Assembly: GCF_018977255.1 (NCBI RefSeq)
Contig: NW_024704742.1
Location: 78,494,001-78,558,000, forward strand
DNA: 64,000 nucleotides
Source of the DNA: Callorhinchus milii
Taxonomy: Eukaryota
Reading direction: 5' to 3'
Within the stretch, counting starts at the first letter, position 1. Each line of letters opens with the position of its first letter. A model generated the notes under the pieces. The model was not told where the DNA came from and did no database searches. It saw only the letters and a list, made by a program, of their open reading frames with translations. Position numbers and translations under genes: made by a program. Positions 25,645-36,855 of the stretch are shown here, piece by piece.

Positions 25645-26030
25645 ATATTTTGAGCAGCAATTAGACAAGCTAGGGCTCTTCACTCCTGAGAGACAACAAC
25701 TCAGAGGGGACCTCATCGAGGTGTACTAAATTTGAAATGGAATTGAAAAAGTAAACCCAAATTAAATCTTTAGGATGTATCAAGACATTTGAACAATGGG
25801 CATAAGTTTATGGTTGTAAAGGGCTACTGCCGGACAGATACCATGAAGTTTTTCTTTACACATAGGATAATCACCCACTGTAACAGGTTGCCAGAAAAGG
25901 TGACAGAGGCTACGAAATTTAACTCATATAAAAAGCAGCTTGATACTATGATGGGGAAAGGTGGTAGAATGGATGTTCTATAGGGATGTGATTGAATGGG
26001 CCAAAAGGCCTTCTTCATCTAAACCAATGT
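25645..26030 (+). mobile_element. Old CR1-type 3' fragment in alpha6 intron 5
   Basis: LDKLGLFTPERQQLRGDLIEVY, then GHKF..FFTHRII..NRLP..FNSYKKQLD. Confidence 0.75.
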
Positions 26031-28626
26031 TATGACCCCAGTTATATTTGTTTGCTACCACCACAAACAGAAGCAAACCACAAATGAAAGGGCACTTAAA
26101 GGCAAGAAGATGCCAAGCTTTGCCTCCTATCAAAGCAATTTGGGAGCAGGGAAACTATCACACTGGTGTTAATTATCACATCCCAGAGCAACGAGGAGGT
26201 AAAAAGAGAATTTAGGAAGAACTAATTCACACAGAGGGTAGTGAGATTGTGGAACTCATTGCCTGAAGCAGTGGTTCAATAAGAGAATAGATTCATTCAA
26301 GAGAAAGGTAGACCTCCACATGAGGGAGAGGGCAATAGAAAGGAAAGAGTAAAGGAATGGCTGGAGACTCATATGGAGCATAAACAACAGCATGGACTGG
26401 TTGGGCTGAGTGGCCTGTTTCTGTGCTGTATATTCTTTGTAATTCTTTGTAAATAGTCTACATTCCCCATCTTCTATGTTATAATTCAATATGAAAGAAA
26501 AAAACATATTGGAGTCTAAGATTCAATATTTACAAAGTGGATTTGCATAGGATTCATCAATTTGTTTTGATAGTATATGAGGGAAGCTTGGGGCATATGG
26601 CATGATTATATCACCTGCTATAATTGCAAAGCATTGGATATAGAGATGGTAAAAATCCACAGGGCTGAGTGTCTGAGACTTTCTTGCCTGCCTCTGTAAA
26701 GGTGTTTCTCCTCAATGGACAACATAGACCTTCTCCAGACACAGGAAGGAATGAGTACCAACAAAATAGCTGCTACTTGTGACTTTAATTCTATGATTAG
26801 TTTACAAATAAGCTCTAAATGGCCATATGATTATTTCATTCCCCATGTTATGGGATGCTGTTACCCTTATGCACATGTTTGTTTCATGGCATGTACCTGC
26901 ACAGAACTGAGCAGGGAGGAAAATAATGTCAGCGGAGGGCAGGAAACAGTACCCAAATTGCCTCGTAGCTAGGTGTTGCTCTCTTTCAAAAGATACAGTG
27001 TAAAGCATAATTTGTGCAAATTAACTGCTGCTTTTGCCTAAAAATATAGTCACTTCACTGGATAGTAAAATCCTGTGAAGCTCTTTGGGACAACAAATTT
27101 ATATTGAACCTTTCATGTCGGAAAGACAAGGCGTCCTCCTAACAAGAAATATGCAATATCAAATGTAAGGATTATTGATATTATTATTACAAATATAAAA
27201 TAAAACACTTTAGAGTGCAGTAGTGTCTCCGATAATTACCTGTGAAATGCTGTATAACAGGTTCAACATTGTAGGAGCTATATCAGATTCAGGGATTATT
27301 TTACTGTTAATGACGTCACCACTCATGGGCCAATGTCACATTTTCAACATAATGACGCCTGCTTGGGAGACACATGAAAAAAAAGGCAGGCAGGAATGTA
27401 GCAAGGTAAATGAAGCAGCAGTAAAGAAAATGCTCCCCGATTGTCAGTTCCTTTACTCATTCGTTGCTCTTCTTGTTGCCACAGGCACGTTAAGCCCAGC
27501 ATAAAATTGCATGAAACAAGCTTATGTCTTTGCAGTTTCAAAGTAGATTTTGCTGCAATTGAAATTATCCTGCGATATAAACAAGGCTGTTCTGTCCCAC
27601 TGGGACTGGCAGGGGAATTGCTCCAGGAAATAGTTCTTCTACATAAATACATTATGAGATTTTGTAATTGCATTTGCAATTAAGTGGATATTTATGAAGA
27701 AAATGAAGGATATCTGGAAAGGTTTTACATAGCTATAATTTAATTCAGCAATTGAGATGACGGCATAAAGCATTGGGAGCAGAGTTCCATTATTATTATT
27801 ATTATATAAATGGAAATGTGAATTCAATAACAGCCTTTTACTCGTCCTGTCTTTTTTGTATTATTTTAGATGAGGTTGTTATCCGAGATATAATTTGTAA
27901 AATCAAGGGCAAGTAGTGGGCAAAGGAAACAAATGCCCTTCCATGATCCATTTAATGCACTAAAAATACACATCGGTATTATTTTAACAAACGTCATTCT
28001 TTTTTTAAATAAGTCCTGAAGAATTTTTTATATTTTGTCCTTTTTCCTTTGTTTTCTTTAATCTAGATGAGGGATCACCTCCTTATTTTGCTTTTTATTT
28101 TAGGTGAATAAATGATTATAATAATAATAATTGTTACAGTTGATGAACCAACTTTCACGTCAAGAGGACATCTCAAATGCTTCACAAGATTCACTGTAAG
28201 ATGGAGTGATTATGTGCCTTGTGGATAAATAGATCAGTTCATTTGTTGAGGAAATTAAACCATGTGGTTACCCCCAACGGTCTTTCTCCACTCAAAATAT
28301 TGGGAGCACAAGTGCAAAGGACACAATATACTGATCCCTCAATATTCAATAATATATGCTGGCCTGTGTGGTTTCATACCTGCCACCATTTAAAATGGCA
28401 TCAATTGCTACAACTAGAGCTGGAGTCGTATTGATTGAGCTGTTTCTCTTACATGCGGTATTTGATGTATGTCAGGGTAGAATAATACTTTCACGTGATC
28501 AACAAGAAGACATAAGCAAAATATTACTTTACATGAAAAAAGCAAAATACCAGAACTGTTGAGATCTTAGCCGATTAGACCTTGGTTCCTGACCGTTAAG
28601 CATTGAGAAGCAGTTAAAATTCCTAC

Positions 28627-29629
28627 CTCTTTGGCTTCATTCTGGCTCTTCATGTTCTCTGCAATGTATTTGACACAATCTATTGCCTGATGGACCTCAG
28701 GAGAAAGGACTGAGAAAGCGAACAGAGCATTAAGTGACTGCGGGCTAACTTGTCTGCTCAGGCTACAGGGAACTGACTCACAGGACTCTTTCGGATGCCG
28801 ACAAGAGCATATTGGCTGCTCTTTGGGTATCTTGAAGTCACCATATTCAAGGTAGTTGGTGGTATCCGTTTTGGGGCAGTTGGCTTTTCTTCGTGCACCT
28901 CTGCTTTTCTCTGGTTGCTTTTCGCCCAAGGGCCTTCTCATCAGCATGACTCTTGGGAGGAAGTGAAGGAAGATCTTTCGAACCCACCCAGGCATGGTGT
29001 GAGTGGTTGGAGTTCGGTAGTGGACATTCAAGACAAAGACTGTTATAACAATAGAGAGGGTCACAAAGATCATTGTAAATAAGAGGTACTCGCCAATCAG
29101 TGGGATTACCAGAGAGGTGGAGGGGATTGTTTCAGTGATCACCAGCAGAAAGACGGTCAAGGAGAGCAGGACAGATATACACAAAGTAACTTTCTCTCCA
29201 CAGTCAGAAGGCAGGTAAAAGACCAAAACAGTCAGAAAGGAGATCAACAAGCAGGGAATGATCAGGTTGACACTGTAAAACAAGGGCAGTCTCCGTATGT
29301 AGAATGAATATGTGATATCTGTATAGATTTCTTCACAGCAATTGTACTTAATGTCATGTTTATATCCTGGAGCATCTATGATCTCCCACTCACCACTTTC
29401 CCAAAAGTCTTTCAGGTTGACTTTGGATCCTATGATAATCAGGTCAATCTTGGCTTTATCATAGGACCATGATCCAAACTTCATTGAACAGTTCTGATAG
29501 TCAAATGGAAAATATGTGATGTCCATTGGGCAGGAACTTTTAAAGATTGCAGGAGGGATCCAGGTAACAGTGCCATCATACTTGAGTAATGCCTTGGTTT
29601 TGTCTTCCACTTGAAAATCTCCCACAGCA
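28627..29629 (-). CDS. chrna6: nAChR alpha6 exon 5 (Cys-loop, loop C, M1-M3, intracellular loop)
   Basis: 1003 nt inside ORF 28567..29685. Cys-loop [15 protein letters not shown], alpha-defining vicinal cysteines YNCCEEIY, M1-M3. Acceptor TTTCTAG|, donor GAG|GTAGGA. CPMDIT, GSKV, WEIIDA and YSFYIRR favour alpha6 over alpha3. Confidence 0.95.
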
Positions 29630-29853
29630 CTAGAAACAACGAGGAGGAACAATGGACAATATAAAAGATGGCATGAAATTGCCATTAAATATTTGCATTT
29701 GATTGGAGAGATACAATTTACATTTATATAGCGTCCTCCTCATCACAAGAATATCACAAAGGGCTTCACAGGGCACCCGAGTTGGGTGTGAGAGCTGAAG
29801 AAACCCAAGTTCCTAAGAGGAAACTAAGGTGTATCTAGCATTCAGCAACTCAC

Positions 29854-29963
29854 TTGTTGTACAGCACAATATCTGGCTTCCATATCTTGTCTGATGGGAC
29901 TCTGATTTGTTCGATGCCGTCAAAGTCAACTGGATTCCATCGCAGCTTATAATCGTTCCAGAT
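29854..29963 (-). CDS. chrna6: nAChR alpha6 exon 4 ([37 protein letters not shown])
   Basis: 110-nt exon typical of nAChR genes with loop [10 protein letters not shown]; acceptor CGAAAAG|, donor AA|GTGAGT. Not in the ORF track in this frame. Confidence 0.95.
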
Positions 29964-30595
29964 CTTTTCGAAATAATCCATTCCCAGGAAAAACAATCAT
30001 TTGAAAAATTAGATACATTGCTCAATCGTTAATACGACAACACTATTTATTAGGCACTGCTCACACCCTGGCTTTAAGTACTGACTGGGGCTTTTGTAAT
30101 CCTCGATTTGTGTAACCAGACATCCTGCAAACTAATTGGATTCATAAGAAATGTTTAAATTAAGTACCAGGCTGCCTGTTCAGGTGGACATTAAAGATCC
30201 CATGATATGACTTGAAAAGAGTAGGCAGTTTCTCTCAATGTCTGGCCAACAATCCCCCAAATAAAATTGGTCAATTGTGGCTGTTTGTGGGAGATTACTG
30301 TGCAAACATTGGCTGCCACTTTTGCCTCAAAAGCACATAGTCGCTACACTAAAGTATAATGCTGTGAATTATTCTCCTGACATGAAGTTGATTATATCAA
30401 ATGCAGGGATTATTGTTATTGGTATTATTATAAATTCAAATTAAATCATTTTCAAGGGCAGCGCAGTCAGTAGTATATAGCATCATGCTTCACCATGCTC
30501 CGCCACTGCTAAGCACTCTGGGACCCTACATGAGGAGCTCTATATGAATGCAAGTTGTTGTTGTTGTATCTACTTTTAAATCCATACTAATAAGA

Positions 30596-30915
30596 GGAGT
30601 CCTGTAGCTCAGTGGTTAGAGCACTCGCTTTGCAAGTGAGAGACCTGAGGTCAATTCCAGGCAGAGGGCGAAACCTTGGGCAAGTTTCCTTACTCCACAC
30701 ACCTAATAATAATCCCTCCAAAAACCAAAAACAATAATAAATTGGTTATTTTCAATCTACGACTGTTTGTGGGACATTGCTGTGCGCAATTGGCTGCCGC
30801 GTTCGCCCACAAATATAAGGTCAATTCACTTTACAGTTTGTTCTGTGAAGCGCTTTGGGGCGTCCTCCTGATGTGAAAAGCGCTATATCAAATGCAAGGA
30901 TTATTATTATTTATT
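30596..30915 (+). mobile_element. Full-length tRNA-derived SINE, short young variant, in alpha6 intron 3
   Basis: A box TAGCTCAGTGGT, B-box-like GGTCAATTCC, CORE-like CCTTGGGCAAGT, L2-like stem-loop, (TTA)n tail. Confidence 0.9.
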
Positions 30916-32184
30916 TATTAATAATGTATAAGAATGTCATAAATGCTAAAAATAATGGCCCAGGAAGAAAAGAGACAGATGCTTTTAGTGTATCTCAAGG
31001 ACAGATATTTGTTGTTCGAAACAGTGAATATATTACTGGCTTCTGGACAGTAAATGGCACAGATTCAACAATAGGTGAGAGGTGTAAGCCTTCTAATTTA
31101 CTAATTTTCTATATGCTAACATTACTACATGGCTTGAGAAATAGCAGGTGGTGGATAAATCCAACATGCTCTAAGATACTTTTCCACAAATTTTGTGAAT
31201 TCTTACACTGACTAAGATTGAGAGGGGAGGGAGGATTATGAATACAATATTCTTTGGGGTTATATAAAGAAAGCTGTTTATCAAATTCCAGCTTAATCCT
31301 GTACTTTATCCTCAGGGACACACACCTCTCTCCTCCCGCCAAGCACTGTTTAACTCTCCTCTAGCTTCAAAAATTGGATCCAGTGATCACAGCACAGCTT
31401 GTAAGATGAGTGAAACATTTTCTTGTTGCAGCTAACAGGTGTGTAAATAATTAAAAACATCTTGGAAGCACCTCACAAGTCGTTCTCCTGTTTCACTGCA
31501 CTTATTTTCTTCACCAGATCCTTTTATCTCTGAACTATCCTTTGCAGTTCCTTACCAAAACTTTTTTTTCACAACCCGCAAAAAACAGTTGTACAAATAT
31601 TGACACAATATCTTTGTTCTATGTTGGAAAGCTATGGAAATACAAGGAATCGCACAGTATTCTTGAACACTGTAAATAACATGTTTTTTTACACTGTAAA
31701 TTATTATTTGAATAACAACACTATTCCTAACAGAGATCATTAGGATGTTGCTAATGGGATATTGCTCCCTGGTAGGTATAATAAAATAATAATAATAATA
31801 GAATAATAATTTGGTTATCCCACAAAAGACACAGTCACTTCAGTGTACAGTATATTCTGTGAAGCGTTTTGAGACATCTGACGATTATATCAAATGCAAG
31901 GTTTATTATAATTATTATTATTATCGTTAGGATGTTGCTAATGGGATATTATTCCCAGGTAGACAACTGGCAGGGTTAAAAGCTATGCTCCACCCCACCT
32001 CCCTCAGTCAGTATAACTGGTAAGACAACATGAAGTCATGCTTGATCTGATCTTCCAGTTGTTGACCATGTTGCGTAATCTCACACCATTTATTCCTCCC
32101 CAACACCATCACCACCACCTCCACCACCCAGAAGATAAAGCCCACCACTTGATTATGCGCACAGTCGTATGCGCCGAAACTTAC

Positions 32185-32229
32185 ATGTCGCAGCCAAAGA
32201 TTGGTTTCCAGTATCTGATTGACTTCATC
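32185..32229 (-). CDS. chrna6: nAChR alpha6 exon 3 (DEVNQILETNLWLRH)
   Basis: 45-nt exon typical of nAChR genes, TCACAG| ... |GTAAGT; LWLRH is alpha6-type (alpha3 has LWLKQ). Confidence 0.95.
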
Positions 32230-32393
32230 CTGTGAGAAAAAGTCACAGGTAGCAATGATGGAGAAATTACTCAATCACTAAATAAAAAAAAGTCAGAGGG
32301 AGGGATGGAGAGGAGAGGGGGGGAAGGAGGCAAGAGAGAGAGAGAGAGGAGAGAAAGAGAGGAGAGAAAGAGGAGAGGTGGGAGTGTTCTTAC

Positions 32394-32533
32394 CACTTTC
32401 ACTAGTTGGGACATGGAGACTTCGAACTGGACCATAACAGGATTAGACACATTCTCCACTGGTCTGATGTACTTGGTGAAGCGGCTGAACATTATCTTGA
32501 ACAGGCGATCCTCTCCTTTGGAGGAGTAGCAGC
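32394..32533 (-). CDS. chrna6: nAChR alpha6 exon 2 (GCYSSKGEDRLFKIMFSRFTKYIRPVENVSNPVMVQFEVSMSQLVKV)
   Basis: Acceptor TTTCCAG|, donor GTG|GTAAGA, 140 nt; RLF...IRPVENVS...QLVKV is the N-terminal pattern of neuronal alpha subunits. Confidence 0.93.
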
Positions 32534-32905
32534 CTGGAAAGCAATGAGATCCCAGCTCAGCTCAGCTCAGCTCAGCACAGCACAGACCAGACCAGACCAG
32601 ACCAGACAGGGATGGACAGGAGGCAACTTCTCACTCACTCACTCACACACACACACACACACACACAGAGCCTCTCGAATTTGCAAACGTGCAAATAATC
32701 TCAAATCAGGAAACATTTGGTATTTTCTTTACAAAGAAAGCACGTTAATATGTATATATATATATATATTATATACGTATATATATATATATTTGCTGCG
32801 AGCAGTCAGCAATGACAGCAAAGTCTGTCCAGTTCTGGTCTCTGACTGATCATTTTTTTTTGCAAACCCAAATGAAACAAATCACAAATCGTGCTTTTCC
32901 TCCCC

Positions 32906-32943
<38 letters not shown>

Positions 32944-32948
32944 CTTAC

Positions 32949-33009
32949 CATGCATTACTAAAGTCAACACCATAAACACCAAACGCAAGGATGTCCTGGT
33001 AATTGTCAT
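32949..33009 (-). CDS. chrna6: nAChR alpha6 exon 1 (signal peptide MTITRTSLRLVFMVLTLVMH-G)
   Basis: ATG at 33009, hydrophobic leader, 61 nt ending in phase 1 at donor G|GTAAGA; joins exon 2 in frame. Confidence 0.85.
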
Positions 33010-33095
33010 CTGCTCCCCTGTGTGTGTGCGGAAGCCGCTGATCAGATGCTGCTGGAAGTTGCGGAAGGTGCTGCGGATCGCAAGGTAGGTCTGCC

Positions 33096-33159
33096 CGGGC
33101 TTTGCTGGGCTGGGCTGGGCTTTGCTGGGCTGGGCTGGGCTTGGCTGGGCTGGGCTGGC
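33096..33159. repeat. Short (GGGCT)n array just 5' of the alpha6 ATG
   Basis: Directly visible; same motif and strand as 1803-2532. Confidence 0.9.
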
Positions 33160-33278
33160 AGAGAGCTTCACACACTGGACCAGCGAGGAAATAAGATGCT
33201 CAGGCTGCCCACTCTCCCTCCCTCCCTCCCTCCCTCTCTCAACGATGCGCCTCACACTCAGCCTCCATCACTTGCTGT

Positions 33279-33288
33279 CTGTCAATCA
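33279..33288 (-). promoter_or_regulatory. PBX-MEIS/PREP decamer TGATTGACAG in the alpha6 upstream region
   Basis: Exact match 270 nt upstream of the ATG, in unique CpG-containing sequence. Confidence 0.45.
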
Positions 33289-34833
33289 CCAGCCTGCGAT
33301 CCTCCCTCCCCATCTCCACCACAACCAGACCACAGGCTGAAGACAGGGAGCCCCCCCAGGCAACCACTGCACGTTGCATCTTGCATCCACACAGATATAA
33401 TAGTAATAATAATAATAATAATAATAACGACAATACCAATAAGAATCCTTGCATTTGATGTAGCAGCTTATCACGTCGTTGAGATGTCTCAAAGCGCCTC
33501 ACAGTGGAGGGGCCGAAACGCAGCAGTCCATTGCGCACAGCGGTGTCCCACCAACAGTCGTGCAATAGAGTGGCCCAAATATTATTTATTGATTTCTTTT
33601 GAAGGGAGGTAGACAAGTCACAAACGCACACGCACGGAACACGACCGACATTTCCTGAGCGGTTTCTGGTTAATCTGGTTGCTCAATCCATGGCTGCTTG
33701 CGGGACACTGCTGTATGCAATTGGCTGTCGCATTTCGCCCACAAAATACACAGTCAGAATACACATTTAACAGTATATTCCGTGAAGCGCTTTTGAGACA
33801 TCTCAACGATGCAATAAGGCGCTATATCAAATGCAAATGATTATTACTTTCAAAACACACCTGTCAAACTCTGGTTGTGCCATTTATAACAATACTTACC
33901 GGGATGTGCTATAAATTCTAGTGGCTGTGCATTTTATTGGCGCACGCAGCACCAAGTACCAATTTTATTTTATTTGTGGGATTGTTGGTCAGGAAGCCGA
34001 CAGAAACATCTCATTCAAAGAAATTCAACAATGCGTCACCCCCCACCACCACCCCCCAGCCTTGACTGTGAGTACAAAGTCCTGACGTAGGGTTCAAACA
34101 CACAACCTACTAGGTTTAAGACCCACAACGCAGTAGGGTGCGAGTGCAACCAACTTAACAGCAATAACAAAGTACAATTGTAAAGCGCTTTTCACGTCAG
34201 GAGGACAAACCAAGCTGACCCACAATTTAAGATTTAGCCAAAGAAAGGTCCAGATCAAGGATATTTAAATTGGCTCAGTTAGTAGCACTTTGGTCCCTGA
34301 GTCAGAAAGTTGTGGTTCAAACCCCACTTTGGGACTTTGATCTTATAGTCTAGACTGATGCCTCAATGCAACTGCTTGGGGCGTCCTCCTGACATGAAAG
34401 GTCCTTTACAAATGTAATCTTGTTGTTGTTGTTGCTTGTTGAGGTGGATGTTAAAAATCCCATGGCACTATTTGAAAAGAGAAGGGAGTTTCTCCCAATG
34501 TTCTGACCAACAATCTCCCAAAATAAAACTGATCATTCAATTTATGACTGTGTGTGGGACATTGCACTGTACAAATTGGCTGCTGTATTCACCTACAAAC
34601 TACATAGTCACTACATTTTACATTAAATCCTGTGAAGTGCTTTGAGAAGTACTCTTGATTCAAAAATGTCTGAGCATAAAGATTATTAAAGTCCAAGTGA
34701 TCTTTGCAATGGTGTCATTTTACAGAAGTGGTGATTTAAAACATGACAAAGTTCACCTCAGTACATAGGAACAGGAGTAGACCATTCAGCCCTTCAAGCC
34801 TGTTCCGCCATTTAATTAGATCATGGCTGATCT

Positions 34834-35156
34834 GGAGTCCTGTAGCTCAGTGGGTTAAGAGCACTCGCCTCACAAGCCAGAGACCTGGGTTCGATTCCCA
34901 GCAGGGCGAAACTTTGGGCAAGTTTCCTTACTCCACACACCTGATAATTCCCTCAAGAAAAAATAAACAATAATAATTTGGTCACTCAATCCACGACTGT
35001 TTGTGGGACACTGCTATGTGCAATAGGCGTTTTGCCCACAAATGTACAGTCAATTCACTTTACAGTATATTCTGTGAAGCACTTTGAGATGTCTAGAAGA
35101 CATGAAAACCGCTATATCAAATGCAAAGATTATTACTATTTTATTATTATTATTAT
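34834..35156 (+). mobile_element. Full-length tRNA-derived SINE inserted in the CR1 tail
   Basis: A box, B box GGTTCGATTCC, same body; flanked by ATCT on both sides. Confidence 0.9.
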
Positions 35157-35611
35157 CTGTACCTCAATTAATCCTTTCACCAATTTCCTGCTTTCTCCCC
35201 ATATCCCATAATACCCTGACCTACCAAAAATGTATCAACCTCACTCTTGAAGGTGTGGATGGATCCAGCATGCACGGCCTTTTGGGGGAGAGAATTCCAG
35301 ATTTCTACCACCCTTTGAGTGAGAAAATGCTTCCTGATTTCACTCTTAAATGACCTGGTTCTAATATTAAGACTATGCCCCTTGTTTTGGATTTCCCCAC
35401 TAGAGGAAATAGCTTCTCTGTATAGACCCTATCAAATCCTTTCATCATCTTAAATACCTCAATCAAATCACCCATCAACCTTCTAAACTCAAGGGAATAC
35501 CATCCAAGTTTACGCAGCCTTTCCTCGTAACTTAACTCTTTTAGGCCTGGTAACAGTCTGGTGAATCTGTGCTGCACCCCCTCCAGGGCCAATATATCTT
35601 TCCTGGGGTGT

Positions 35612-35825
35612 GGTGGAACTCTGGAACTCCCTTCCTCACTCCCTTTGCCTCGCCCCCTCCCTACCCACTTTCAGGTCTCAGCTGAAGACCTTTCTTTTCG
35701 ACCGCGCCTTTGGTCACCTTCCTCCCGCTCCTCCTGGCTCGGTCCCGGGATCTGTTATTGTGAAGAGCTCTGAGACGTCGTCCGGCGTGGAGGGCGCTAT
35801 ATAAATCCAAGTTGTTGTTGTTGGT
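35612..35825 (+). mobile_element. L2-type 3' fragment nested in the CR1
   Basis: LWNSLP..PTFRSQLKTFLF, stem-loop and (TTG)n tail. Confidence 0.8.
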
Positions 35826-36389
35826 GGTGGTGTTGCCCAAAACTGAACGCAGTCTCCGGATGGGGTCTGACTAACGCTCTCTACGGCTGAAGCATCATTT
35901 CTTCCCCTTTGTATTCCAGACCTCTTAAGATAAAAGCCAACATTCCATTCACCTTTTTGATTACTTTTTGCACCCGGGAACTAGTTTTCAGTGATTTGAT
36001 ATGCGGATGGTTTCTAGGATTCGTTATAAGCTATTTACAATCAGATATAGAAATTACACCACTTACTACACCTATCACAACTGGGCATTTTCCCGTCTTA
36101 ACTCAATTAACTGTTAATGTAGCTTCTTAAATGTACCAATTAGCATTTAAAAGCATTAGCTTCATAGAAATTACAGATGAAGAGGAAACCATTCAATTGG
36201 TGCTAATTCATCCATCATAGGTAATTACGCTAACCTCAATTGCCAGTACACTTAATGTTTTTCCTCCTTTACGGTCACTGACCTAAACCCATTCTATGTG
36301 TCATTTCAAATGTCAGGGATACTGCATTCTAAATTTATTTTGTTCCAGATTTCCCCCTTCCTTCTCGTCATTTATAATCAATATAATAA

Positions 36390-36855
36390 TGAATGTAATT
36401 CTTGCATTTGATGAAATACCCTTCATGTCAGGATCTCTCAAAGTGCTTCACAGGATTTACTATGAAGTGTAGTGTCTGTGCATTGTGTAGGGAATTCACT
36501 TTACATTATATTCTGTGAAGCACTTTGAGGAGCCTCGAAGACATGATAAGGCGCTATATCAAACGCAAAGATTATTATTAGTATTAATGACTTATTTTAT
36601 CTGAGGTATTGTTGGCCAGGAGACTGGGAAAAACCCCTTCTCTTTACGAATAGTGCCATGGGATATTCAGTATCTACCTGAACAGGCAGACATGATCTTA
36701 ATTTATTGTCTCCTCTGAAGGACCACACCTCCAACAATGTAATGCTCCACTAGCACTGTGTCAGCCTAGACTGCGAGTTCAAAGTATCAACATAGCTTGA
36801 ACCCACAAGCTTCTGACTCAGAGGCTAGAATGCTAATAACTGAGCCAGGCTGACA
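36390..36855 (-). mobile_element. Deu-domain SINE
   Basis: Reverse complement matches 10557-11000. Confidence 0.72.

Larger units (their letters stand above)
34761..36000 (-). mobile_element. CR1-type LINE 3' fragment interrupted by a SINE and an L2 piece
   Basis: ALEGVQHRFTRLLPGLKELSYEERLRKLGWYSLEFRRLMGDLIEVFK is the CR1 ORF2 C-terminus. Confidence 0.88.

Noticed and set aside
28567..29685. 372-aa ORF as a single-exon gene with its own signal peptide
   Set aside because: The N-terminal 18-19 aa and the C-terminal tail are intron read-through; splice sites define exon 5 as 28627-29629.
30596..30670. tRNA gene (A/B boxes, TGC anticodon-like loop); also at 34834, 43219, 49662, 54823 and 57668
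   Set aside because: Each is a SINE head or an isolated piece of one; no proper acceptor stem, and the anticodon-equivalent varies between copies.
32806..33255. N-terminal extension of alpha6 from the upstream open frame
   Set aside because: Non-ATG start running through the repeat; the ATG at 33009 gives a normal signal peptide.
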